Under the pieces are notes generated by a model that had not been told where the DNA came from, ran no database searches, and saw nothing but the letters and a program-made list of their open reading frames with translations. A stretch of DNA of 63,761 nt, filler included, from Elsinoe ampelina (taxonomy: Eukaryota): NCBI GenBank assembly GCA_010093995.1. It is 8 parts of 4 records of this genome, joined end to end, with 100 filler letters (N's around TTAATTAATTAA, not from the genome) between each part and the next. Parts side by side here need not be neighbours in the genome. Positions count along the whole stretch, not along the records: positions 1 to 6,241 come from ML992507.1; positions 6,342 to 13,086 come from ML992508.1; 6 more parts are not named here. One strand, written 5' to 3'. The stretch's first letter is position 1. Every line of letters starts with the position of its first letter. Made by a program: the position numbers and the translations under genes. Below are positions 1 to 13,086 of the stretch, in pieces.

Positions 1-551
1 CCTTTACTAGTATCTAGGGCTAGTTCTTTAGGCTTTATAACTACTAGTATCTAGTTAATGTTATAAATTGTATATCTAAGTATATTCTTTTTTAGGAGAG
101 CTACCTTAAGAGTTAATCTCTAAGTATTATAGTTACTCTCTCTCTTAAGAATCTAAGTCTCGAGTATTTTTGCTAATCTAGACATAATAATAGTAATTAG
201 CTAAAGGTCTATTAATTAGATTAATGTAATTAGCTTATTTAAGCTATTTAAGCCGTTTAATTAAAGGGTTAATACGGGCTACTACAAGTGTTTATCTTAA
301 TATAGCTAGTCTAGAATTTAGTATAGGCGGCTTAGTAATCCTTTTAATAATGACACGCTTAATTTGCTATAGCTTTAAGTGCTTTTGTAGAAGCGCCGGG
401 CTTATAACCTGTTATAACTAGCAAATTGGATCGAGAGATGTATATTTTATTCAGAGAGTTACAATAACCGATTTATCTACTATGCGTGCGCTAACTTATC
501 AGTGCCAGTTCTTCAGTACCAGAGAAGCTGTACCAGCCTTCTATTACAACA
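1..551 (-). mobile_element. Ty1/Copia LTR retrotransposon, family 1, copy A (5' end only: 5' LTR, PBS, start of gag), RIP-degenerate
   Basis: AT/TpA-rich and near-identical to 14032-14582 and 36295-36696. LTR at 410-551. On the minus strand the LTR is followed directly by GGTTATAAGCCC, a RIP form of the copia-type PBS GGTTATGAGCCC. Confidence 0.9.
410..551 (-). repeat. Copia family 1 LTR (~142 bp), 5' LTR of copy A
   Basis: TGTT(A/G)TAAC...TTACAACA inverted termini; the same sequence occurs 7 times in the window. Confidence 0.92.
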
Positions 552-753
552 TCCTCCGCAGGTCAAGAATGCAAACAGGGTAGAATATGCTTATCGATTT
601 GACGATGACGATCTTGGTGCAGAGTGTCGACAGGAGAAGTTCCCCAGTGCGGGCTGTGAAACCTAGAGAAATTGCGACCATTTTGCGTTTATCTTCCACT
701 TGAACATGGACAAAACGTCGGAGACTACTCCTGGCGCTTAACACGGCGGCAGT

Positions 754-2179
754 ATGCGGTCTTGTATTTCTCCCTGTTCAGTCAGGTCGCCTGCTCGAAG
801 ACTCGTCAGACCTTCCAATCAGCCGTTCTCAAGGATGCTCAGCATACAGGGAAATACTCGAATTGAGCCACACATCCTCGTGGAAGAAGAGACCTTGCGC
901 CAGTACAAAGCGGAACGATACTACCCTGTCAACATTGGCGATGTCTTCGGTGATCGATACAAAATCATTGCTAAATTGGGCTTTGGATCAGCATCGACTG
1001 TATGGTTATGCAAAAACCAAGAAGACCATGGATCGTATTCAGCCTTAAAGGTTTACGTCAACAGCTCAAAAATACATCGGGAACTACCGATTTATGAACA
1101 CATACGCAGCTTGGGGAGCGAGCATCAAGGAAGAAACCGTGTGAGGCGACTACTGGACTCTTTCGAAGTCACAGGGCCGAACGGCAAGCATATCTGCCTC
1201 GTACACGAACCTTTAGGGATGAGCTTTGACGACCTTCGGCAACTGATACCAACAAAGGTCTTTGACGAGGACCTTTTGAGACAAACCATGCGACCCATCA
1301 TCAAAGGCCTGCAGTTTCTTCATGGAGAGGCTGGGGTAATCCACACAGGTTAGTCGCATGGGTACAAAGGGAACACACAAGGGACTGATCTGTATGCGGT
1401 AGATCTGCAACCGAACAACATGCTCATGGGGGTCGTTGACGATTCCCCTTTCCGAAGAATCGAGACAGACGAAGCCAGTGATCCTTTACCAAGAAAACAG
1501 CTTTCGGATCGCACAATACATGTCTCCTGGCGTATGCCTCTGACCAACGGTGCCCCGTCGATCACGGACTTGAGCGAAGCACGTTTTGGCAATTCTCCAC
1601 ATTCCGACCTTATCATGCCAAATGTTTACAGAGCACCCGAGGTCATTCTCAACATGCCATGGTCGTATCCTGTGGATATCTGGGCGATTGCTATGACTGT
1701 GAGTAATTCCAAGTCTCTCTAGCTCCAAAGATCGTGCTGATAATTGCAAAGATATGGGATCTCTTCGAACCTAGTCGCCTCTTCAAAGCAAAAGGCGCGG
1801 AAGGCGAATACTCCGAACACCACCATTTGGCACAAATGGTTGCCATCATGGGGCCTCCTCCGCCGGATTTTCTGGAACGATCAGAACGCTGCAATCATTT
1901 CTGGCGAGCAGACGGTAAGCGACTACCCCCGTCCCCATTCTTCGCCCGCTGACATGTCTTGTTACAGGTTCTTGGAAAGGAGAAGTGCCAATTCCCGAAC
2001 TCAGCCTCCAAGGGAGTGAGCAACGCCTAAAGGGCAAGAGTCAAGAAATGTTCCTCGCCTGGATCCGGCAGATGCTTCAGTGGAGGCCCGAGGACAGGTC
2101 CAATTGCGAGGATATCTTCCACGACGAGTGGCTGCTAGCAGACCTCATCGAGTCTGGTGAACTCGTTCCAGCCGATTAA
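754..2179 (+). CDS. CMGC/SRPK-like serine/threonine protein kinase (4 exons)
   Basis: Spliced model 754-1348, 1403-1698, 1752-1914, 1968-2179 with GT..AG introns. Motifs YYPVNIGD, KLGFGSASTVWL, ALKV, HICLVHEPLGMS, HTDLQPNN, ITDLSEAR, YRAPEV, DIW. Start codon uncertain (754 or 835). Confidence 0.9.
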
Positions 2180-2437
2180 AGAAACGACGACAGTTTCCAA
2201 TTGACAGCGTTTCCTCACTGCCTCCCTGCAAGCGCGCGGGTGCCGCCAAAGCCGCATTGGTGGAAGAGTCGAGCTGAAAAACCCGCGCCGCAGGAGCTGA
2301 TCTCTAAGCGCCAGGGTTACACAACAGCAATACTGACGAACGCCGACATATAAATTGCCCGCACCACATTCCAGAACAATACCAGCGCCTGCCCAGGTCT
2401 ATCACATTCTTTCCAATCTTTCCACAAGTCATCTATT

Positions 2438-2909
2438 ATGAGCTCCTCCGGCACTCGCGCCTTCAGTCAAGCCGCCTCAAAAGCCATCCGCTGGGTGGGG
2501 GCTACCAAGATGGACATCGTCCAGCAAAACCCAGGCAAGGACACCGAGACCCTAGTCTCAGCAGTCGAAAGATTCGGCGAGGCCGCCGAGGAAAAAGTCA
2601 GCGTTCTATGGACCGCTGCACCCCTCGAAACCCTACTGACGCAGCACCGCAGCACGGCGCAAAGGCCAACTACATGAAGATCCAGTGAGTGACATGTACC
2701 GATGAGGTACTATCACATGCCTGGATGCGGTCGCTGATGTCCACCACAGGGGCGCCAAATTGCATCCCTCCGCCCTTGATCCCAGCGACCCCAAAGAAGT
2801 ATTGACCGTCTCGATCCATACCGAGAACGGGACGCGGTTGGAGTCTGGTCATGTACACGAGGACGGGACTTTGACGAAGAAGACCACCCGATCCGGGGGA
2901 AGGCAGTAG
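2438..2909 (+). CDS. Small hypothetical protein (~116 aa, 3 exons)
   Basis: Exons 2438-2596, 2653-2684, 2750-2909 join in frame through GT..CTGAC/CTGAT..CAG introns. C-terminus LHPSALDPSDPKEVLTVSIHTENGTRLESGHVHEDGT. TATAAA upstream near 2350. Confidence 0.7.
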
Positions 2910-3965
2910 CTGCGTCGCCGCTGGTAGTGCCAGAGATGCCTGGATCGAGAGGAAGAGGGGGGAAGCTGGTAGTGGTTGCTGTTGGACCGTATGTAGATAT
3001 GCAGACAGAGCTCCGACGTCAAAAAATTTCGATACCATCGGGCTGTCTAAAATTTGCTCCACCGATGAAGGTGACTCCACGCGGGTAGTCACACAAGAGT
3101 GCTACCAAGGACTCAAGGCAGTCCCAGCAGCGTACATACTACTTCATAGCCCGACTGGCAATTGCCTGGCAGGCCTAGGCCCTGCTTGCCATCCGTTGTC
3201 AGCCCGTGCCTGACTATGGACTCGGCGTGCTTTGTTACGCCAGTGTGGTTCATGTCATGCGACGTAGGGTGAGAGCGGCAGTTGCCGAAGGCTTTTGCGC
3301 GAGACCTTCGTTGCTGTCAAGTGCTCCACTCAGCCCTGATGTATCGGGCTCAGTTCAGACCATCTTTCGACCGCTTGCTAGGGGCCTTGGTCTTGGACCT
3401 CGATTGAAATACCAGAACAAAGTTTGGCGCCAGCATCGGGACGTACATTCGCCCAAAGACTCTGACGTGGAGCCTGAGGGACCGCCTGGGTGCGATTGGG
3501 GTCTGTATTCCAATCAAATCTACGGGAGGGTGCATCTACGAGGTAAGCACGAAAAGGACAACGGTCAAAGCGTTGTCGATCACGAGGCAGGTTGCTCTGA
3601 CGGACCGCCTTGAGAACTCAATAAACTGACCGGAGTGTCGAGTTCGGTCTTGTTATCGAGCAAATCGAGGAATGCCTTATTTTGAGTGCGGTCAATTGCC
3701 GAATAGGAATATATATAGGCGAAGAGATGGCAGGTAACTAGAACAGTATAGCCATTGAGAAAGTAGAACGTCTAGCGTGTATACTTGCGGAGCGTGACAA
3801 GATCGAGCATCGTGGGGACCTGGTAGGTGTGACAGGTAAAACAGGATGTGGTATGTGCTAGCGGGATGTGAGGCGTCAGGAGGAGCAGTGGAGTGGTTGC
3901 AGAAGTGTCCGAGGATGTCCATGGGCAATAACGACAAGAAGCAGCCGAGAGGGAGGGGTCGAAAA

Positions 3966-4107
3966 TGTTGTAACTAGCAAACCGGATCGAGAGACGTGTA
4001 TTTCATTTAGAGAGTTACAATAACCGATTTATCTACTATGCGTACGCTGACTTATTAGTGCTAGTTCTTTAGTACTAGAGAAGCTGTACTAGCCTTCTAT
4101 TATAACA
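3966..4107 (-). repeat. Copia family 1 LTR (3' LTR of copy B)
   Basis: TGTTGTAAC...TATAACA, adjacent to the PPT complement. Confidence 0.92.
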
Positions 4108-4737
4108 CTCCTCCTCTAGTATAGATTATTAAAGCTAGAGAACTGTCCTATTATATATAAGTAAAGTAATTAGCTTATTACTTTATCTCTTTNNNNNNNN
4201 NNNNNNNNNNNNNNNNNNNNNNNNNNNNNNNNNNNNNNNNNNNNNNNNNNNNNNNNNNNNNNNNNNNNNNNNNNNNNNNNNNNNNNNNNNNNNNNNNNNN
4301 NNNNNNNNNNNNNNNNNNNNNNNNNNNNNNNNNNNNNNNNNNNNNNNNNNNNNNNNNNNNNNNNNNNNNNNNNNNNNNNNNNNNNNNNNNNNNNNNNNNN
4401 NNNNNNNNNNNNNNNNNNNNNNNNNNNNNNNNNNNNNNNNNNNNNNNNNNNNNNNNNNNNNNNNNNNNNNNNNNNNNNNNNNNNNNNNNNNNNNNNNNNN
4501 NNNNNNNNNNNNNNNNNNNNNNNNNNNNNNNNNNNNNNNNNNNNNNNNNNNNNNNNNNNNNNNNNNNNNNNNNNNNNNNNNNNNNNNNNNNNNNNNNNNN
4601 NNNNNNNNNNNNNNNNNNNNNNNNNNNNNNNNNNNNNNNNNNNNNNNNNNNNNNNNNNNNNNNNNNNNNNNNNNNNNNNNNNNNNNNNNNNNNNNNNNNN
4701 NNNNNNNNNNNNNNNNNNNNNNNNNNNNNNNNNNNNN

Positions 4738-5661
4738 TAATTAACTTAGACTTTAACTTAATAGTTAGCCGACATAATCTAGAATACTCTCCTTAGGCTT
4801 AGGATAATTAGTTATTATAACTATGCTAACTTATATCCTATCTAGAGGTCTATAGTAGTCTAGGCCTTTAGTACCTATAGTATATACCTAGTAGTTACTA
4901 ATCCTATTCTAGTTAAGGATTTAACTAAGCAAGTTAACCTTACTAGATCTACTAACTACTCTACTACTTTAATAGCTTCTAGTGCTACTAGTAGAGTAGT
5001 CTACTATAGTACTAATTACTATACTAAGTGTTAGGGATCTAACCCTAGTAATAATTAGAGTAAGAGTAGGAGTAGCAAGTTTAGTAAGTGTATTATTTTG
5101 CCTAGTTAGCTTAATAAGGCCTATACTTGCTATACTTATAGTAACTAATATACTAGATATTCCTTAGCTAACTATAGTCTAACTCTAAGGCCTATTAGCT
5201 CTCCTAAACCTATAAGGACCTTAAGTAGCTTAAGGGTTATTACCTAGCCTATTCTATATAGCCTAATATATCTACTAATAGAGCTTCTAAGGTCTGTCTC
5301 TTTTAGTAGTACTTTACCTTAGAGGTTCTTACTAAGGGCCTATATACTAGGGGCATTATTAGGTATAGTTAATACCTTAATAACTTATACTAACTCTTAC
5401 TACTTTATAGTAGTCCCTATAAACTTTATAGATCCTACTAACCTAACCGCTACTAAGGTTTATAACTTAGCTACTATAGTAATAAACTATATAGTAGAGC
5501 TTATAAGGATTATAGCTACTAGCTACTCTAGTTAGCTTTCTCCTATTTATACCTTTATACTAGGCCTAGTACTAATAAAGTATAGTAGGTCTAGATCTAA
5601 TACTTCTATAAGGTCTACTAGTAGTAATAAGGGAAAGAGTTCTCCTTCTATAAAGAAGTAA
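4738..5661 (+). pseudogene. RIP-inactivated antisense accessory ORF of Copia (DUF3716-like six-Cys protein), allele 1; 5' part lies in a gap
   Basis: Colinear with 49912-50835; ends AAG AAG TAA at 5659-5661; Cys cluster ~5020-5160. Confidence 0.65.
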
Positions 5662-6285
5662 TTTAAGGTAGGGAATAGGTAAGAGTTATTAGAGGTAATA
5701 ATAGTACTAAGTAGTAGATATAGCTTAGGTATAAGTAGCTAGTAATAAGGTTATAATAGCTTTTTCTTTCTCTCTTTTTAATGTTAAAGTAACTTACTTT
5801 AAGTTTTTAGACAAATAAGATAGCTTAATAAGTAGTAGTAGTATAAATAATATACTTAAAATAATAATACATATAAAATCTAAATAAGTATATAGTATAG
5901 ATATACACTAAGTAATTAGCCTTTGCTAATTAATTAAGGATCTTATTAGGAGACTTAGGCTTTATAAGTGCATTAGCTAATTACTAAGTTATATTAATAT
6001 ACTTAAGCTTAATTACTCTAAGTTCGTGCTACTCTTTATAGTAATAATTCTTTAGATTAATATACTTAGATCTCCTTAAGTTAGTATAATTTCTTATAAG
6101 TTTAATAGCTAATTTATTATTAATAAAGACTATAGTTAGACTAAGGTAGATATTAGTAAGTAGTCTAAGTTTAATAATAAGGTTTCTTAACTAATTAATC
6201 TCTCTATAGGTCTTAGTAAGGGTAAGGTATTTAGCCTTAGTNNNNNNNNNNNNNNNNNNNNNNNNNNNNNNNNNNNNNNNNNNNN

Positions 6286-6297
6286 TTAATTAATTAA
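6286..6297. other. Artificial assembly gap linker N-TTAATTAATTAA-N (also near 13131, 27536, 36239, 50933, 60887, 62393)
   Basis: Identical 12-mer with stops in all frames, centred in N runs; a scaffolding spacer rather than biology. Confidence 0.95.
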
Positions 6298-6451
6298 NNN
6301 NNNNNNNNNNNNNNNNNNNNNNNNNNNNNNNNNNNNNNNNNATTCTATTTACTAAGAATTAGTATGCCTTCTAGGTAGGAGATATAGTTCTTAATATTAA
6401 TATCTAGTCTAAGGAATATAGTAACTATATTAACTATTATAATAACCTAGT

Positions 6452-9400
6452 TGTTACGAACTGTCTAAACATAGCCTATACTAGTAGTCTAAGCTAAGCT
6501 AAGAACGAGGTAGTTCTACTTCTATAGTAGTATAGTACTAAGGTAAGAGTTAGAGAAGGTATATCTTATAGATAATAAAGTATAATTAGATAGTATTATA
6601 AAGGCTAGCCTTAGTAATACTAGTGTTTACTATCTAGACGAGGTTAACTATAGTACTTATATAAGGTAAGGACTACTCCTATATATATATATTCTTTACT
6701 ATGTACTTTATATACTCTATATACTCCGTAGCGAAAGTCGAGAGTAATATAGAGTATACGTCCGCTAGTAACCTATATACTCTATAGTCCCCGGGGTAGA
6801 GCTACTAGAGAAGATAGAGAACTAAGTAAATATTAAGCTAAGTTACGTAATAACCTTAGTAGTTTAATTAGTCCTAATATCTCTACGCTTTAGCTATTCT
6901 ACTAGTTTATAATATTACTCTCCTCTCTTAATCGAGTTATTCTAATAAGTAAGTATTCTTTCTTGTCCTTATACGCTATATACTAAATATGTCTTTTAGT
7001 TATTAAAGGTATAGTAAATCTAGTATATCTATATAAAAGAACCTCTCGAAGTTTATTAAATTATTTAGAACTAATATACTATAAGCTTACTCTTGTTATA
7101 AGTCAAAAGAGCTAGACTATAAAGTCTATATTCGGTCGGGTATTTATAGCTAGTATGTCGTAAGTAACTACTTAGGTTATAATATTTAAGTAACAAAATC
7201 GAAATAGTAGCGTCTCTAGTCTAAGTATATTTGTTTACGAAAGGAATTAGTTATAGCTAAGGCTACTAGAAAGAAAGCTAAAGAAGCTTATAAAAAGGTA
7301 AAAGAGGCTTATTAAAGAGCTATAGGTAATAAGCTTCGCCTACGCGAAGAGATATAAAAGTTAGAAAATAAGGTAGAGAAAGTAATCTCTCTAGAAGAGA
7401 CCTATATTTAAGTCTTAGAGTAGGAGGAAATACTATTGTTAGTGAATCCTATCCTACTATAGAACTAGTAATTATTTATGCCCGACTCTAATTAGAGTTC
7501 CTTACTTAGTAATAATTAAGGTACTTCTATTAGTTAAGTAATTTTCCTTAGGCATTCTCGTTTTAGTTTAGTGTTTAGAGTACTAGGTCTATCTAGTTAG
7601 TTTACTTAGGATAGGTTCTTAATCTAGTAATCTAGAATTGCTTATAAGGTAAAGTACTTCTCTAGTTTCTATATTACTTTACTATACTAATGTCCCTTCT
7701 AGTAAATAAGATAGTAGTATTTTCCTTTTATAAGTTTATAACGTAAAACCCTTTTAATCTTATACTATAGCTCCTATGTTTCTTTATCTAGTTTAATAGG
7801 TCTAGGTATAGTATTCTATAGTACTTTCTCTAGTAGTAATATATAAAAGACTAGATAGATCCTTATATATCTTAGTAGTTCTAGTTTATATATGTTTTTA
7901 TTTTTCTTTTCTAGGATCTTAAAGAGTCCTAGTTTAGTATAGTTAAGTTTCTTACTTAGTTATTTCGTTTTAATGTTTTTACTAAGGAGGTAAACTTTCT
8001 CTCTCTCCTATAGAATTAGTCCTATAATTCTCTTCTAGTTAGTAAACTCTACTATTCTTTGTAATATAAATACTATATCGTAGTATAGCTAGTTATATAG
8101 TTTCTTAATATTAGCTACTAGTATATTAGTATCCTTAGATATTAGCTTAATTCCGAGTATGTTATAGAATAGATCTAGGTATATTCTATAGTTTACGTAG
8201 AATAGTAAAATTCTATTTGCTAACTTTCTATTATTAATAGCAAGCTCTATAAGTAGTAATAGCGTTACCTATAAGTTTTACTTATAGTTTAGGTAGTATC
8301 GTAGATACTACTCTAGTACTTAATTTGCCCGTTTAGTTTATCTATCTATTTATAGATAAAAGAAGATTAATAGCTTATATTTAACCCCTAGTAGGTCTAT
8401 AAATAATTACTAGAATTGTGACGTAAATAGCTTATCTCTATTAGTTATTAAGTCTCGTAGTACTCTATATTATAAAATAATTATTCGAAAAAAGGTAAAG
8501 GCTATATCCTTAGTAGTTGCTATTATCTTATATAGTATAAAGTAGTAATACTTCGTAAATCTATCTACTAGGACTAGAATACTATTATACTTTATACCTA
8601 TAAGAGGTTCTTCTAATAGCAGTAAAGGTCCTATAAAGTCTATTATAACTAATTACTATAGTTTATCTAGTAGTAGTAAGAGTTATAATAGGCTATATAG
8701 CTTATGTCGTAAGTGCTTAGACTTATAGCATGTATTATATATAGTAATATACGTCTTAATATTGTTTTAGAGTTCTTTCTATAGGTAGTTTTATATAATA
8801 AGTTTAATAGTCTTATTAATCCTACTATGCCCTACTATTAGGTTATTATAGTATATTTAAATAACTTCTTTCTTCTATTCTTATATAAGCTTCTAGGTAA
8901 GGCTATATAACTACTCTACCTTCGGGTACTTATAGACTAGAGCGCTATCTTACTACTTTAGTATAGAGGCCTCTATTATTATTATATTCTTTAAGTAATT
9001 CGGTTATTAGCTAAGAGCGTCTACTCTACTATTCTCTAATCCCTTAATATAGTAGATCTAAAAGTTATAGCTTATAAGTGTTTCTAACTATTAAACCTAT
9101 TATCTATTAAGAACCTTAGTTATTATCTAATATAATAGGTTCTTATAGTCGGTGTAGACTTATATAGGTAAGGTTGTTTCTTCTAGATATACTTTCTATT
9201 CGCGGAATACCTCTATAATTATAAGTAACTCCTTATTATATATATTATAGTTAAGTTTAGGTCCGGTCATTTTTCGTAAGTAATATATAATTAGGTAGTG
9301 TTATTCTTCTACGTTCTTCTACACTAGACACGCTTCTATTATAAAGTCTAAGACATCTATTTCTAGTAGTGCTTATTAGTCTAGGTTAAAGAGTACTAGG

Positions 9401-12400
9401 ATAGGTACTATTATAAGTCTAAGCTTTAGCTCCTTAAAGGCCTACCTATATTTCTTATTAAAGACAAATCTAGTTTCTTTCTTTATAAGGTTAGATATTA
9501 GTATAGCTACCTTAGAGAATCCTTTAATAAACTTATAGTAGTAGTTAAAAAACTCTAGTAGCGCTTAAACCTCCTTAACTATAGTAGGTTCTAGCTAGTT
9601 ATTTACTAACTTAATCTTTTTTAAGTTAGGTCTAATACTATTAGTAGATATAACATAGCCTAGAAATTATATCTTATATTTATAAAACTTATACTTAGAG
9701 AGCTTTACTAGTAGGTCTTTTTCTTTTAGTTTCTATAGTACTTTATAAACATGTCTTATATATTTATTATACATCTTTAAGAAGATAATAATATTATCTA
9801 AATATACTAAGATAAAGTTATTAAGGTATTCTTATAGAGTATTATTAATTAACTCTTAGAAAGTTATAGGAGTATTAGTTAACTTAAAGAGCATAACGAG
9901 GTACTTATATAGACTCTATTACGTTCTAAAAGCTATCTTCTACTCCTTACTCTCCTTTATTTATACTTAATAATAGACATCTCTAATATTAATTACGGTA
10001 AACTATTTAGCTCTAAGTAGTTAGTCTTAAAGTTTATCGATCCTTAGTAGGGGATAGTAATTCTTCCTAGTAAGTGTATTAAGTTTCTAGTAATTAATAT
10101 ATATTTATAACGTTCTATCCTTTTTAGATATAAAAAGCACTCCGTGTATAATAGGTAATTTTAATAGTTATATAAATCCTTTAAGTAAGTACTTATCGAT
10201 ATAGTTCTTAAGGATGTTCTTCTCTTATTTCGATAGTAGTATAAGACCTTAATAATGTATTAGGGATTTACTCTCTTTAAAGAGTATTTTATAATTCTAT
10301 AGTTTATATTAGAGTAAGGCTATAATGCCTTCTCTTTCTTTAAATAAGTCCTTAAAGTCTTTATATTCTAGTAGAAGTACTTAATTACTTACGCTAGTAA
10401 TAGCTCTAACTATTAGTTATACCTATACTATTCTTATAGTTAGTATCCGTAGAGCTAATTATACTCTCTATATTCTATAATTACACTTAGGGAATTTAAG
10501 TATTTCTTTAATCTAGTCTATATCTAGATTGTGTTATTAAAGCTAGTCTATACTAAGTACTATATTGTACTATATGTCTACTATATCGATTAATCGTTTT
10601 TCTATATATGTTTTAATTTTAATTATAACGTTTTATAGTTCCTAAGTAACTTTTCTATTCTTCCCTATAGGAGTTCTATCTACTATAGTAAGTAAGTAAA
10701 GTAACTCCTTCTAGTGTTAATAAGGTTTAAGCTAATTAGTAACTATTATAGAGACGTAGCTATAGTTAGCTCCTAAATCTATTATTACTCTTACCTTACT
10801 CTTTTATATTTTAACTTCTAGTATAAAGTAGTTTAACGTATAGATCTTTATTATATTAAGGCTTTAGCTAGCGTTATTATCTTGCCTTATTAGGTAATAA
10901 CTAGCTAGTTTTTTGTTATTATAGCTCCTTAGATAAGTAGCTAATCCCTTCCTACATATATCTACTATTAGTACTATATCTATTAGGCAAGTTATATTTT
11001 GTTACTATTTAATATAGTAAGGTAAACTTCTAGCGCCTAAGTCCCTTAGTAACTATAAAGTCCAATAATTCCCTACTAGTTATACTAAGTAGTGTTATAC
11101 ACCTATATAAGTATAACTATTCCTTCTAAGTATAGCTAGGCGTTAGTATTAAAGACAAAAACAAGTTATGTAGATTTATCTTATTATGTTCTATTCTAGT
11201 AGTAGATATATATTATTATATAATTCCTCTATATCCCTATAAGGTATACTTTAAGTCGTCTACCTAGTAGTAGTATATTATCGTCGTTGTCGTTGTTATT
11301 AGATAAGTTCTTATCTATATTATTATATTATAGTTATTTAGTATATTCTTCGTTATATTCCTCTTCGTTGCTACTACCTCTAGTATAGTTATAGTTAGTA
11401 AGGCTATACTAAGTATATTCTCTTACTTAGCTATAGGGGATAGTACTATCTATTTCGATTACCGAGAAGTCTATAGTATATTTAAGACTAATAGCATCTT
11501 CTCTAAGTATATTATATAAGTAAATAGTATAGTACTATTTATAATCTAGATTTATGCATTTCTAGAGCGATATATAATATGCCTTTTCTTATAGTATGCT
11601 ATAAGAGCTAAAGGTAAGGCTACTATATTATTATATAGTACTTATATCTTAATACTTTATCTTAATAATTATATATTAGTAATTATTACTAACTACCTTC
11701 TAAGGTTAGTTACTATTACTACTAATTATAGAGAGCTCTTCTAGGTTAAGTTCCTAGTCTAGCTATTTTGTTAGTTACCTATACTTAGATAGCTTATATA
11801 GGAACTAACTAGATCTCTACTTATCTAATAAGTAAATATAACAAGAGTTATTATAATATACTATCTATAATAGCGTTACGTGTTAGCTTTGTTATTTACT
11901 ATTAGTTATAGAGATATTAAGTATAACATTTAGAGAGAATTCTATTACCTCTTAAGTTATTATAGACTTCTTCTATGTTTCCTTACCTACGCTAAAGGTT
12001 ATTAGGTCTTCTATAGTAGTGTTAGTCTTTTTCTCTACTAGCCTAGTAACTATTATATATAATCTATTAGCTAGTGCCCCTTATTAGTAGTCCCTAGCCT
12101 AATACTTAGGTCTTTTATACTTAAAATATAAGTTGTCTTATCTATACTTCTCTCTCTCTTTTCTACTAAGGAACTTTCCTCTATAGCTATAGCCTCGTAC
12201 CTATAAGGAGTAGCCTTTATATATAGTATTAAGTTCTATAGAGTCTCTATAGTTTCGAGAGGAACGTATATATCTAGTATTTATCTTATATCCTCTATAA
12301 CGTTCTATACGTTATTTGTAAAGTCTATTATTAATAGTAATTATAGTGTCTACTAGTTCCTAAAGGCTATTAGGCAGCTCGAGTATTATTTAGTCTTTAA

Positions 12401-13086
12401 CTAAGTCGCTTAGTCCTTAATAGAATACTAAGTGTTTAGTACTATTGTCCTAGTCTAGATATATTATAAGTTATTAGAACTAGGAATAGTACTAGGCTAT
12501 AGACCTATATTGTTATAGTTATTAGATCTTTGTTACGGCGATATATTTCTTATTAGATACATTAAAGACTTACTTAATCTTTGTCTAGAAGATACTAAAG
12601 CTCTTAAAGATAGCCTTTATATCTAGGCCTAGTTATCTATCTAGGTAGCTACTTATATAAGGCTTAAACTACCTAAAGGTAGCGCCTTTAAGGTGTATTC
12701 TAGTATAGAGGACCTTTACTATATCGTTAGCGTACTTGTCTCTCTCTAGAGTAAAGAAGGCTTTAAGTTAAACAAGGAAGCGCCTTAAGTAGGCGTAGTC
12801 TCTATAGAAGAGTTCTACCTCTAACTTAGGCCTACTCTATCCTTCTATACTAAAAGACCTTCTATACTTACTCGAGGTTAAACTAGTAGTAGATATATTG
12901 TTAATAGTAAGCTTTTCTAGCTTACTAGTAATTAAAGATACTAATAGTAACTTAGAGCAAGAGTTACTTATTAACCTCGTAGCGTGCTATACTATAGTAA
13001 GGGTAGTTAAAATGTTACGAACTATCTAAATATAGCCTACGCTAGTAGTCTAAGCTAAGTTAAGAACAAGGTAGTTCTACTTCTAT
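6452..13086 (-). mobile_element. Ty3/Gypsy chromovirus copy 1 nested in Copia B; RIP-degenerate
   Basis: LTR 6452-6914 (TGTTACG...); second LTR starts at 13013 and is cut by a gap. On the minus strand, RT YLDD (LVYLDDII, de-RIPed) near 9790-9810 and a chromodomain (Y.IER.L.H......YLVHWKG.....TWEPE, de-RIPed) near 7650-7765. Colinear with 27592-34523. Confidence 0.9.
6989..7537 (+). pseudogene. RIP-inactivated antisense accessory ORF of Gypsy: Zn(II)2Cys6-like cluster plus coiled coil (~182 aa)
   Basis: ATG at 6989, no frameshift, all internal stops TAA/TAG (RIP products). Six TAY codons spaced x2-x6-x8-x2-x7, followed by a K/E/A-rich helical tract. Second copy at 28037-28585. Confidence 0.65.

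Noticed and set aside
2950..3960. ORFs 3206-3613 (+), 3350-3535 (-), 3692-3937 (-)
   Set aside because: No recognisable motif and no convincing splice model by eye.
6286..6297. Recurrent TTAATTAATTAA palindrome within N runs
   Set aside because: Assembly spacer, identical at seven gaps.
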